A DNA stretch of 64,000 bases from NCBI GenBank assembly GCA_964016885.1, contig OZ024747.1, forward strand, positions 31,558,001 to 31,622,000, in the 5' to 3' direction. Of this stretch, positions 26,289-38,974 are shown in pieces. Position 1 is the first letter of the stretch. Every line of letters begins with the position of its first letter. Origin of the DNA: Eledone cirrhosa. Taxonomy: Eukaryota. The notes under the pieces were generated by a model. It had not been told where the DNA came from. It was given only the letters and a program-made list of their open reading frames with translations, and did not search any database. Both the position numbers and the translations under genes were made by a program.

Positions 26289-27352
26289 TAGAAAGGATAT
26301 TTAATTTGTTGGAAATACAATAAATATAAATGTGTATAACAGATTCATAGCACTCAACAGTTTACTGGAGTAAATATTCGATGATATTAAATAAATGGAA
26401 ACTATATTTATAAAACCATATTTATTCTATTATATATATTTCAAGGGTACCAAAAACTTTGGTACGCTTTCATTAGATGAAATACAAAGAGTGTTTTATA
26501 AATTCTGACATAGCCAAGGAAACCATACCTTATCTGTTGAATTTTCTTTGGGATTAAAGAATGGATTTTTCAAACTTATTGATGAATATGCAAATGAATA
26601 TGTAAATAAGGTTGAGTTATATGATTGAAAAACCGTTATTTTAAACGCTATGGAAAGTTTAGATATATAATAATAAGAGAGAAAGAAAAAGGAAAAAGAA
26701 GAAGAAGGAAAAGGAAAAAGGAAAAAGAAGACCACTTATATACATTAATTTAGGGGAAATAAATTCGAATATTTATCTATATTATGCATATATTTATATG
26801 GAGAATTATGTTTGTAAGTATTTATCTTATTATAATATTGTAGTGGGTTAAATATATAAATATCTATATATATTTTAATAATAGCATATGTATTTTTATT
26901 AAAAAGATAATTTGCAATTATTAGTTGTTTATAATATGAGTTACGATGGCGTTGATTTTGTATTTTATGTAAATAAATAGGTAGTTCAAATTATGAATTT
27001 ATATATTTGGATAACTTGTTTCGCATTGAGAATGTTTTAAATTAACGGAGTTATGTATAATAAGATTATATGATTGAGAAAGGAAAGATAACTCCAATTT
27101 TATTTGTTAATCAATAAATGTTTTAAGAGTTAGTGTGAGATTAATTAATTATTTAGTCGAAAGAAATATGAATTGTTTAAACATTGTCTTGAATATGATA
27201 CATTTTCCTAAAATCAGTTAGTGGTTATTAATCTACGTTTTAAAAGATAGCTTTAGAGGGTGTCATTGGAAAAATAAAGAATTAAATAATTAAAAAATTA
27301 AAATTAAAATTATATAGATATACATAAATATATATAAATATCTATACACTAT

Positions 27353-27419
<67 letters not shown>

Positions 27420-29260
27420 TATATATATATGTTCATAGTAGTAGAGTAGAATAGTTTTATAGTATGTCTGTTAAAGATTGAGTGGTATCTGTGGGAAAAC
27501 ATTTGTCTAGTGCTTTAAAGAATAGTTTTGCTAAAGGTGAATGGGGGTCAGTACCAAATAATATTTCTAGTTCTAGTTCTTTTGTTTGTTTTAGAGTTTA
27601 AGTTAAATTGTTTATTATTATTATAATTAATACTAGGGTGATTTGCCATGTTATTGTTGTCAATGTATTTAATTTTATTCAAATACCCTGCTCTATTTAA
27701 AGCTTCATTATAATATTCAGCCTTATCTTCAAAAATATTTTTATTAGCAGAGATGCCTGAAATTTGTTTCTGGACGCTATTGACAATAGTGTTCTTAATA
27801 GATCTAGGATGATTAGAGTTAAAACTTACGTAATTTAGATTCTCATTAATTTTATGGAATGGATAGTAAAGCCCTGTGTTAAGGTTTAATGTTACGTTTA
27901 AGCAGTTAACGATTTTATAGTTATTCTCTATTTCTAACTTAAGGTTACAATTATTGAAGAATTGTATTATGGATTTTCTTTTCCTATTAATTTCACAAAT
28001 CTCACTACCCAAAGAAAATTCAACTGTTAAGGTATGGTTTCCTTGGCTATGTCAAAATTTATAAAACACTCTTTGTATTTTATCTGATGAAAGCGTACGT
28101 ACCAAAGTTTTTGGTACCCTTGAAATATATATAATAGAATAAATATGGTTTTATAAATATAATTTCCATTTATTTAATATCATTGAACCTCAAGAACCCT
28201 GTCGAGTGCTCTGAATCAGTTATAACATTTATATTTATTGAATTTCCAATAAGTTAAATATCCCTTCTACTTATAAATAGCTCCTTTAATGTTGAGCACT
28301 TTAAATTATAACTGATTGATAAATAATGGAATTCTTTAGGATTTCTTCTTCTCTAAAAGAAGTACCCTTACCTAAGAATAAGGAATATCTAAAACAACTC
28401 ATTGAGAAATCTGACTCCTTTATACGAAGACTTAGATGGCGTGCCTTCCTTTTCGATAGAAAATCAGATGAAAAAGTAAATAAATCCAGTTACAACTTCG
28501 ATCTTATCTTCAAATCTAAGAAGAATCCACCTAACAACAAACTATTAACGGAATTTGAAAATGAAGTAATATCTATTATACAAAACATTAAATTTAAGAA
28601 AAACCAATTTGTAGGCCAGGAATACCTTAAAAGCATCAAGAATAATATAGACAATCTTGAAAAAATTAAGAAGATCCTCGTGAAATCTGATAAAATTAAT
28701 AATCTATACGGAATGCAAAAGGACGAATATAATAACCTTATATTGAAAGAACTCAGAAAAAACTACAAAATAACAACTTATGAAGATCTTTCAACGTTAA
28801 ATAGAGAAGCTTCTGAAATAATTCATAAGTTAGGCATCCAAAATAGGACTGAACCCTTTATACCTAGAAGACCGAAAATTAACCTGAAACACCACAAAAG
28901 AAACTTTGAAATAGAACTACCAGTCAGACTTATTTTTTGTTATGTTTAAATTTTATGTTATTGAACCACTCTATACCTTCATTAGTACTGTTCCATAGTT
29001 TCAGGTGTGATTTTTCTTTAAGTTGCGATATGATTCTATCTAATATATGTTTACTAATTATGCCTAAGTCTGATTTAGATGGTGCTATAAGTCTTTTCTT
29101 TAAACCCATCAACCAATGACCTCCACCCATCACCACCTCTCCTTGCCATCAGAAAAGACATAAATACCACAATATTACATGGACAGTCGATTTCCTGATG
29201 ATTTCTCCCGAATGAAACAGTTATGGTCCTGTAGAAGCCTTTCTATATTAAAAAAAAAAT
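26285..29260. mobile_element. Rearranged Penelope-like element with inverted pLTRs
   Basis: RT piece 27548-28012(-) VNCLNVTLNL..G.Y.P; linker RYHSIFNRHTIKLFYS; N-terminus 28326-28949(+) RRLRWRAF; 28930-29100(-) LIAPSKSDLG; inverted repeat ~26285-26550 / 28012-28275. Confidence 0.85.
28076..28141 (+). ncRNA. Minimal hammerhead ribozyme motif
   Basis: UAUUUUAU-CUGAUGA-AAG...GUACCAAA/UUUGGUAC-CCUU-GAAA-UAUAUA-UA-AUAGAAUA; the inverted copy near 26422-26484 has a mutated core CUAAUGA. Confidence 0.7.
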
Positions 29261-29274
29261 ATATATATATGTAT

Positions 29275-29835
29275 ATCTCTCTCTCTTGTGTGTTACCTTT
29301 TCAACATATTGTATTTTAAAGAGCTCAGGATTTCTTCTCCTTTGAGCACATTATTTACAGGGAATGGCGAGGGTCTATGGCTCCGTTAATTTATCGTGAT
29401 ATTTCGCTCCTTATAACAGTCTTTCCTATCACTCCGTTTGGTTGAGCACACTTCTCTGAGTGGTTTTGGGCTGCCCTTTCTAGCAGCTCATTCCTCAGAG
29501 GCCACTGGTTCACTGCCCTTAAATACGCTGTGACTTCTCTCTCCCACGTGTAGCTGGACAGTCACTTTTAAAATTCTCTCAGTGTTGTCTGAAATATATA
29601 GCCTTAGACACGCTGAGGAACCGGGGTTATTCCATTTCTGTCAACAACTTACTGGCGAATTTGTACGTGTGTTATATGGTTATAGAGGTATTTATTTACG
29701 CTTTAATTTATATTTTTAATTATCGTGTCTATAGTCTGCCTTTCATAGGTTATAGATTCCATACACTGGTGGTTTTCCCCTGTTTTATTGATAGCGCACT
29801 GTATATCTCTCTCTAGTGTGTTACCTTTTCAACAT

Positions 29836-29843
<8 letters not shown>
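29275..29843. repeat. Segment bounded by ~40-bp direct repeats (likely PLE pLTR-derived)
   Basis: ATCTCTCTCT.GTGTGTTACCTTTTCAACATATTGTAT at ~29275 and ~29805; (TA)n flanks. Confidence 0.55.
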
Positions 29844-29877
<34 letters not shown>

Positions 29878-30102
29878 TATATTTGTTAGTTTCAGAAGAT
29901 CCCGTTAAGGGTGAAAGCAGCGATTCTTTGCTTAAACTTTAATCTGTTATTTTAATAAATATATATATGCAGAGGTTATATTTAATTTGTTGGGATTCAA
30001 CAAGCTTAAACATTTTTATAACTCATATAAAGCACTCAACAGCTTAGTAGAATAAATACTCAATATATTAATAAATGGAAACTATATTTATAAAACCATA
30101 TT

Positions 30103-30168
30103 TATTTTGTTATACATATTTCAAGGGCCACCAAGGCAAATTATGGTGTGCTTTCATCAGATAAAATA
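30103..30168 (-). ncRNA. Minimal hammerhead ribozyme motif in a pLTR fragment (~29965-30250)
   Basis: UAUUUUAU-CUGAUGA-AAG..CACCA...UGGUG..CCUU-GAAA-UAUGUA-UA-ACAAAAUA. Confidence 0.65.
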
Positions 30169-30401
30169 CAGATTTGTTTTATAAATAAATATTGACATAC
30201 CCGGAAAAAAAGACAACCTTAATGGTTGGAGCTTCCTGGATAGTTATCTGAATTTTAATGACTGAATTTTAACCATCAACATAGTCAAGGTATGTCAAGC
30301 ATCAACTTATTTTATCTGTTGAATATAGCTCAGTACCTCTGAAATACATATAATAAAATATACTTGATCACATGAATGTCTATATTTGTTGAAATTTCGA
30401 A

Positions 30402-30461
<60 letters not shown>

Positions 30462-30499
30462 TGTATATATTTATATATATACATGCATATATATACAAA

Positions 30500-31320
30500 C
30501 AACACTCAGGCAGACTACCAATACAATACCACACCTGCCAGTATCAAAGACTGATATTTTAAAGTTGAGACAGTAAACAGAAAACAAAAAAACGTGGAAG
30601 CGAAGAGGCAGTACAAATGTTAATATTAGTTTCACGCTTGAGAGTGGGTGGGGGGGACGTTTCGGGCATAAGCCCTTCATCAGGAGAAAAGTGGGCAGGA
30701 AGAGTGTCCCGAGGGTGTGTGGAGGAGTGGCGGAAAGACATTAAAAATGGGGGGGGGAGAGAAAAGGGAGGAAAAACATTTTTTTAGAGAGTAAAAAAAT
30801 TAAAAATTAAAAATCGAAAGAAACAAGTGGTTAAAGTGTGTGAGGAGTGTAGGGGTGGTGATGGGTGGAGGTGGTGGAGAGAGGAGAGGGAAATGGGGGG
30901 GGGTCTGAGCGGGGAGGGCTGAAGGTGGTGTGTGTGTGGATGTGAATGTGAGAGTTGGAGGAAGAACGAGGTTCCATGTTCGGGTAATAGGGAAACCGGT
31001 GTGTACATGAGGTGGGGTAAAAGTCGGTGTGTCTGTGCATGTGGAGGGAGAGTGGTCAGAGGGGGTGGGGGAGAGGTGGCGTGTGGAGTCCAGAGGCTGA
31101 GTGTGTGTATGTGAGGATATGCACGTGTGTGTTTATATGTGGTGTGGATGTATGGTTGCGTGGTGTGAACATAGTGTAAGTGTTTGTATGTGTGTGTGTT
31201 CCTGGAGATTTTCCACGAACTTTGAGACCAGTTGTTGGAGATTCTGAGAGTGGCAGGGTGGATAGCTGGAGCGATGGACCAGTGGTGTAAAATCCTGGTA
31301 TGGTAGTGAAATCCTGGTAC
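30500..31320 (-). mobile_element. PLE 3' fragment/pLTR with a hammerhead core at 30656-30683
   Basis: CUGAUGA-AGGGC-UUAU-GCCC-GAAA-CG-UC (stem I not paired); C-rich UTR; (TA)n on both sides. Confidence 0.55.
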
Positions 31321-31341
31321 ATATATATATATATGTACATA

Positions 31342-31373
<32 letters not shown>

Positions 31374-31540
31374 GTATTAGTTATACTATTTATGGTTATG
31401 TAAATACAAAACCTTATGCAGTTATAAGTATTTTACATACACCCTAAATAATGGTAGGCAGTAATGTATTACTACCTTATTACCAGTAAGTTAAGTAGCT
31501 CAATGTAAAAACATCAGATGATTTACAGAGAAGTTATATG

Positions 31541-32250
31541 AAATATAAGAATCAAAGAACTGTTCAAAACATTATTGTGCTTACAGCTGTTCCCTCCAAA
31601 CCGAGGTTTGGATTCTTCGGAGCAATTTATTAATGCATGGACATATGACCTCCTTTTCAGCCGAGAGACATACCGATACATATTCAAACATTGTGGGTCA
31701 ACATTCATTACAGAATTTAGAGTGGCAGTACACACTTCGAGATTACATTTATGTCCACGCTGTAATGTGGCCGTGTAGGCAACACGGTAAAAACCTCCCA
31801 GCCCCACACTGTAAATGTGGTTGGTGTTAGGAAGGGCATCCAACTGTAGAAAACCCGCCAGACAGTCCTATGCGAGCAAGACAACCACTCTTGCCTCAAG
31901 TGGGAAAACCCCCGTCCAAACCCATGCAAGCGTGGAACACGGACGCTAAACCTGATGATGATAATGATGATGATGATTAAGAGGTACAATCAAAAATCAA
32001 AAATACAGGTTAAAATACAACATGAAGATAAGCGGTTATATAGTGCAAATGTTATATGTGTGGCACGCATGTGCGTCTTGTTTATATAGTGTGGCAGAGA
32101 GATATGTGTGGTAGAGGCACTTAGGTAGGTAATCAAGAGTGTTAGGTTGGTAGATCTGGTGGCAAAATCTTTATATGATTGACATAGTCTGTGTGAGGAA
32201 ACAGCTGTAAGCACAATAATGTTTTGAACAGTTCTTTGATTCTTATATTT
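31541..32250. mobile_element. Inverted pLTR-like ends with decayed hammerheads, interrupted by an RTE 3' end (31754-31978, +)
   Basis: AAATATAAGAATCAAAGAACTGTTCAAAACATTATTGTGCTTACAGCTGTT and its reverse complement at ~32191-32250; the inner RTE UTR matches 14120-14340. Confidence 0.7.
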
Positions 32251-32287
32251 TATATATATATATATATGTATATATGCATATGTATAT

Positions 32288-32928
32288 ATGGAATCAAGAG
32301 GACTTAGAGTGAACCTAGCTAAGACAAAAGTGTTGATAAGTAGAAAAGAGGACAAAACTCTAATTCCATCAGGGAAATGGCCATGTTCAATATGTAGAAA
32401 AGAAACTAGCTTAAATTCTATAAAATGTACACAATACAGATCTTGGGTACACAAGAGATGTAGTGGAATAGCAGGCGAACTAACAGGTAGGGAAAACTAT
32501 GTATGCAGTAGATGTGAAGGGAAATTTGACAGTAGAAGTCGCAGTTATAGACTCATATGCAAATACAGGTAGATTCTATAGAAGTGGTTGAAAGCTTCCG
32601 GGACCTAGGTGATCAGATTAGCAAGCGGCGGTGGTGATCTGAGGCCATAGTATCTAGAATAAGGATGGGTTGGAAGAAGTTTAGGGAGCTGCTTCCTTTG
32701 CTGACAACAAAGGGTTTCTCCCTGCGTACGAAAGGCCGGGTATATGATGCCTGTGTGAGGTGTGCGATGCTGCATGGTAGTGAGACATGGGCAGCAACTG
32801 TGGAAGATATGCGACGGCTGGAGAGAAATGAAACAAGCATGCTCCGTTGGATGTGTAATGTCAATGTGCATGAACGACCAAGCATGGATGAGTTGAGAGA
32901 GAAACTGTGTATAAGAGGGATAAGTTGC
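32288..32928 (+). mobile_element. RTE LINE fragment (RT end, PHD-like finger, thumb), 3' end missing
   Basis: MESRGLRVNLAKTKVL...WPCSIC...WVHKRCSG; GWKKFRELLPLL...LHGSETW. Confidence 0.88.
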
Positions 32929-35450
32929 TTCACGCCATTATCAACTGGGATTTCATTGGACAATTCTCTATTCAAGACCACCCGAGCCTTCATATTTCTG
33001 TGCAGTCGGACGAACATATCAATAAATATTGGTGGGCACCCTATTTTCCCCAATATTATCCACATTGCACCTCTGTTCACCGTATCAAAGGCCTTTGTCA
33101 GGTCAACAAAAACCTGATACAGAGGAACCTGCTGCTCAATACATTTCTCCAGAACCTGCCTTACAGAGAAGTTTACATCAATCGTCCCTTTGCCAGATCT
33201 AGAGCCACTTTCTGATTCAGGGATTACTGTAGGACAAATGTCCTCCACCAACCAATAATCTAGCAAAACTTTGCCTACATACTCCAACAGAGTGATGCCA
33301 TGGTAGTGATTGCAGATTCCTTTATCCCCTTTACCTTTAAACAAGGTCACCAAGATACCATCTATCCAATCTTGTGGTATAGGAGCTCTGTGATGAGATT
33401 GAGTATTGTTTGTGGTATGTTCTTATTACCAACCTTTAACAATTCCCGGGGATCCAGGTGTCTTACCCATGTTTAACAGGTCGATGGCGATTTTAACCTC
33501 ATTATAATCTGGTAATCCACCATTTTAAAATTTACAACACATTGGGGTAGGCCATCTAGCACATCATGATCAACTGATGATGGATTATCAAATAAATCAG
33601 TGAAATGTTCTTGCCAATGCTTAAGGATTTTCTCTGATTCCTTGATAGTGGCAGTGTTGTCTTTGGACTTTATGCACCTTATGGGAACAATAGACAAAAT
33701 TGTTGGACCATATACTGCACACAAAAGACTATAAAACAGTTTTGAATCCTTTGTGCTATAAGCACTTGGAATATCTTCAGAGATCTTCAACCATCATTTA
33801 TTTTTAAGCCTTCTCAGCTCGCATTGTAAGGTGGCTTTATATTCTTTATATGTCTTTTTAATAGCAATTAAATTCATAGGGCACTCCCCAAAAGCTTTTC
33901 ATGAAGAGAGCATGTTTTTTCTTCAATAGTTGGCTGATAACCAGATTATTATCAAACCAGTTTTTATGTTGTTTTTTCACCCAGAATCCAAGTTCTTCTG
34001 CTCCTGTTGTATACAATTGATCCCTGAAGTTTATCCTTGTTCCATCAAAGTCAATATTATTCAAACGTTTATTCAAAGCCTCACGTACCTCTTGCTGTTT
34101 TAACTTTCCAACATCAATACACTTCAGAGTTTTGATCCCATACAAACAAGATTTTTTCCAAATACGTAACTTAAACTTCCCCCTGAATCATCTTAAGGTC
34201 TGTGTTGCATTCTACACTACATATGACGCAAACATTATAGACATCATTCAGGTCGCATCTCCAGGTTACTATGAAATATATCATGTGACCATCTTTTGAC
34301 CTTGGGTGTATCCATGTAACTTTATGCTTCTCCTTTTGGCAGAAGAATGTATTGCAAATTACTAGGTTGAGTTCTGAACAGAGCTCAAGCAGCTTCAAAC
34401 CATTGGCATTCATCTTACCAATGCCGTAATGGCCTAGTGCATCCCATGTCTCATGGTCGCTACCAACTCAGACATTGAAATCACCAAGAATAATCACTTT
34501 TTCTTCAACTGGAGTAGATGCAATTGTAGCACGAAGGGGTTCATAGAATATCATAATACTTTCTTCATTGGCCTGGAGAGTTGGAGCATAAACTGATAGA
34601 ATGGTTTCACATTGCCCACATGCAAGTGAAATGCGCAACCTCCTTATATGGTCACTGATTCTAGAGGGGCACTCGAAATGTTGTGCTAGAGTTTCTCACA
34701 CTGCAAAACCTACACCACCATCTCACCGTTCTCCTTTTGGTTTCCCTGTCCAGAAAAGTGTGAAACCTGATGATGCTTCAGTCAGCTGATCACACCCTGA
34801 TAGACATGTTTCTGACAAGGCTGCAATATCTATATTTGGAATTTCATTGTTATCAGTGCGGTTCTTCTTTCTGATCATTTTGATGAGTTATGGTCCAGAA
34901 GTTTTCTGACATGTCAGCAGCAAATATTTAGTTTGATTCGATTTTTCATAAAAGTTTTACTCTGTAATTCACTTTTTTTTTTCATGCTTGAATGAACCGT
35001 CGATAGCCATAGTAAACTACCCAACGTTGATGTGACAGGCAATTTTCAATGCACCTTTTCTAGCACCTTCCCAAGAATTTGGGTGAGCAGTGCTCTCCCT
35101 GATAAGGCTGATCAGACACAGGCGTCTCCACATAACAATGATGTTAAGATAAGATCCCTGCCGCCTATGTGTAGATTTGCAACTACATGCTTCCAACTGG
35201 TCCGGTCTGCACATGTCGCCACTCCTCCACCACCATAGGACTTTCAGCTGTAAAAATGACAGATGAGAAAATCACAAAAGAGATATCTGTACCTCATTGA
35301 ATTATAGTGGCAGATGCTTGTACTACAGGAACACCACTCTCTAAGTTTCTGGTGACAAGCCTAAACCAGATGACCAGTAATCACATCAACCGGAGGTTTT
35401 ATTTCAAAGTTTCCCTCTTTTAGAAAGATACTGTAACAACAGCTCGGGTC
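32925..35450 (-). mobile_element. BovB-like RTE LINE: 5' UTR, APE, RT up to GVKQ; decayed
   Basis: NGLKLLELC...NTFF...VTWIHPRSK; TLFKGKGDK..C.HYHGITLL; FVDLTKAFDTVNR; NGVKQ. Confidence 0.85.
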
Positions 35451-35759
35451 CATCACTCCCAGTGGATTTTCATTTTACCCATCTGCGAGCCACCACACCC
35501 ACAAATGAGTTACAATGATTCGCTAACTCTTTCATTTTAAAAAAAAATGATTATTAAAGGGTTTTTTAAATTTATTTTAAATTTGAAAAAAAAAAGAAAA
35601 AAGTTTAAGAGGGTTATAAAGCTTTAACATTTTTTAAAAACTTTTTCATCAAATATATATATGTACACAGACAAACACGCAATCAATCCTACACACCCAC
35701 ACCCATACAGTATATACATATTTACAGACTTTTGGATGGCCGTTGACTCTTATAAGTTC

Positions 35760-35925
35760 TTCTGCCCTTTGTCAGGTTTTGTTTTTTGTCCTGCAGGTTG
35801 TCCAAAATGACCCTCCTCGCCAAGTAAACTTGGTGGGGTTGCCGGTGTAGTTGCCGATGACCCGACCATGCGACAGGTTGTACTGGGTTTCATGTTACCA
35901 GTAGCACTCAAGAGTGACATGACAT

Positions 35926-36010
<85 letters not shown>

Positions 36011-36790
36011 ATATATATATATATACATACAACCATGTCCAAGTGATCCACCTGGATCCCCAAGTGAGACCAGGGAAGCTCAGTGATGTTATCTAACCAT
36101 CTTTCTCAGAGTCTAGTCCTTGGTCTCTAGTTAGGTGGTTTTGCCCGTAAAATCTCTACAGTGATTCTTTCCTGAGAGATTCTAAACACATACCCATAGT
36201 ATCAGAGCTGTGATCTCTCAATTCGGAGAAGTAGCAGCTCTACCTAGAGTGACTCTCTGATCTCTGAGCTACAAACTCTATTGAGTAATGTTACTCCAAA
36301 GACCCTTTGGAGGAACCCCATTTCAGCCGCTCATATTCTTTCAGTTATCACCCAAGATTCATGACCATAGGAAAGGGTTGGCAAGAATACCAATTTGAAG
36401 ATAGTAAGTATGATTTTTACACCTACCGTCTTTCTTCTGATTACTGAATGCTGAAGCTGGCATACTGCACCAGCTCCTGCAATTATTGCACTTAATTCCT
36501 ACTAGATATTTGAACTCTCCAACTGCTTCAGTGGAACTCCATTTACAGGTAGAGTGCAGGCTTCCTTGAAAGAATGAGTGCCTGATTTTCATTTCAGCGA
36601 TGCAGCACTTGGCTATGAACCTATAAAGTGCATGTCGGAGATCACCTTCTCTCAAGTTAAGTAACACCACACTGAATGATTTTGATTTAGCATTTGCCCC
36701 AAAAGAAGAACTAGTCTACATCATTGGATGCAAATGAAGTTGTAGGTTTTATATCAGAGTGACCTTCGCCTAGAGAGATGACTTAATGAA
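35760..36790 (-). mobile_element. Decayed RTE-like LINE 3' fragment
   Basis: EAVGEFKYLV in ORF 36359-36670; thumb-like remnant near 36340; weak. Confidence 0.45.
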
Positions 36791-36914
36791 GACTAGATGT
36801 CATATATCATCATCATCATATAAATATACAGGAGAATTGGACATTAAACGATGATGATATATTGTCATAAATTTCCCGAAAAAGCTTTTTATCAAATGTT
36901 TGCAGGGCAGTCAG

Positions 36915-37101
36915 TACAAAAGTAGGTTAAATTCACAACATTTTCATCAATCAAATAGATATGTTTCACTGGTGAATTATTTCCATAGCTCATCAGTCCA
37001 ACATTTCAAAGATGTCGGACTGATGAGCTGCAGAAATAATTCCCCAGTGAAACACATGTATTTGATTGATGAAAATGTTGTGAATTTAACTTAATTTTGT
37101 A
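36915..37101. ncRNA. Head-to-head pair of hammerhead motifs forming a ~187-bp foldback
   Basis: + 37014-37066 GUCGGA-CUGAUGA-GCUG...CAGU-GAAA-CACAUG-UA-UUUGAU; - copy 36950-37002 with a stem III mismatch. Confidence 0.7.
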
Positions 37102-37382
37102 TATATATATATATTTAAAAGAATAGAGGTGTAACACACAAGTTATGATATATTGGTAAATGGAAAAGAAAATGCTGACAAATTGTTCACAGTGAAAAAT
37201 AGTTTAATTTGAATAAGTGAGAATTAGTAATAGTATTGGTTAGTATTCAGTTTTGGTTTTAAGTTTTACCGGTTGCGCATTTCTAATGCTTTTCAAAAAT
37301 AATTTTGAGATAGAGCGACCGTGATGTTTGCTCTAATCTAATATATATATATATATATATATATTATTATTGTGTATATATA

Positions 37383-37555
37383 TAGAGAGTCGGACGCCAT
37401 GCTTTGACACATAGAGTTACGGCCCTTGCCATTCTGAGTTCAAATCCCGCCGAGGTTAAGTGAACCTCGGCGGGATTTGAACTCAGGCCGTAAAGGGACG
37501 TAACTATGCTGGAAAACATGGCGTCCGACTCTCTACCGATAGTGCCAATCCACCA
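37383..37555. mobile_element. Two SINE family 2 5' halves fused as a foldback
   Basis: Perfect 24-bp stem CTGAGTTCAAATCCCGCCGAGGTT-aagtg-AACCTCGGCGGGATTTGAACTCAG. Confidence 0.85.
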
Positions 37556-37585
37556 TAATATATTATTATTATTATTGTGTATGCA

Positions 37586-37766
37586 GTTGGATTGGCAGTA
37601 TCGGTAGAGGGTCGGACGCCATGCTTTCCAGCATAGTTACGTCCCTTTACGATCTGAGTTCAAATCACGCCGAGGTTGACTTTGCCTTTCATCCTTACGG
37701 GGTCGATAAAATAAAGTACCAGTAATGCACTGGGCAATTGCTGGCCTTGTGCCTAAAGTAGAAACA
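37586..37766 (+). mobile_element. SINE family 2 with 18-bp TSD
   Basis: A box TGGCAGTATCGG, B box GAGTTCAAATC; TSD ATTATTATTGTGTATGCA at 37568-37585 and 37767-37784; other copies near 37900, 49910, 51015, 52472, 55118, 61480. Confidence 0.9.
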
Positions 37767-37815
37767 ATTATTATTGTGTATGCATGTTTATGTATGTGTG
37801 TGTATATATATATAT

Positions 37816-37856
<41 letters not shown>

Positions 37857-38974
37857 CACACATATATATATGCACACACACACTCCAACATTAACCATAA
37901 TAGGAGTGGTTTATTTTTATATTCCATATCAACCTTGAAAGGATGAATGTCAATGTTGAACTGAGCAGGATTTGAACTATGAAATGACTGCTGCAGAGCA
38001 TTCTATTTGACATGCTAATGGCTCTATCAACTCATTGCCTGTGTATCTAAATAATATACATATTTATACATCATATAAAGCACATTCAATATTCTTTCAT
38101 ACTTCTGAATAAAGTTTAGTGACAATTTTACAGATCAATGAATTCACCAAAACCAAAATTCATTTTCCCAGCATTTTCATACATTTACATTACTCTTCTT
38201 CCAACAAGAGAAAAATTTGAAAATGAGTTGAGAAACGACCAATATAGAAAGTGTAATAATTGTGTGTGATAGAATACACATTTGAAAACATGAAAGTGTT
38301 CAAACTTTTAGACGTATAATAGCTGTCATTTCATGAGCAATAAAATATTCCCCAAAAATGACTTGAAGAGTCGGAAATAACATGAAAGTTTAGTAAATTA
38401 CTAAAGCATATGACTAGGAAACATTTGTTATTGTAGTTGATATTGTGATTAGAATGATCATAGGTACACAAAAGAGTTAAATAAACTTTCAAAGAAGATT
38501 TAAATATAATTTTTCTGACTTAACAATGTTATTTGAAAATCAAATTTGAAAGTAGTATCATTTAGTTTGATATTGGTCAATTTGAAAATTTCCAATAATA
38601 TGAATTTGTAACCTATAATTTGTTCTTTAATCTTGTATAGTGTTTCCATCAAAAACAAACATCTAACCAATGAAATAACAATAATAGTATAAAAATATAT
38701 GTAGAGATGGCCTACAGTTCTGATAAATAACAAAAAAATAAATAAATAACTTGGTCTGAGAGTTCAAGTTCACAGAGATATTATGTATATTTACATTATC
38801 TGAGAACACTACATCAATTATATATATATATATATGTGTGTACATACATATATATATTATATACATTGCTAGCATGGAAGATAGACATTAATCGATGATG
38901 ATGATGATGATGATGATGATATACATATTTATATAAATCATATTGGCTTTACTAGTATTATATGAATATATATA

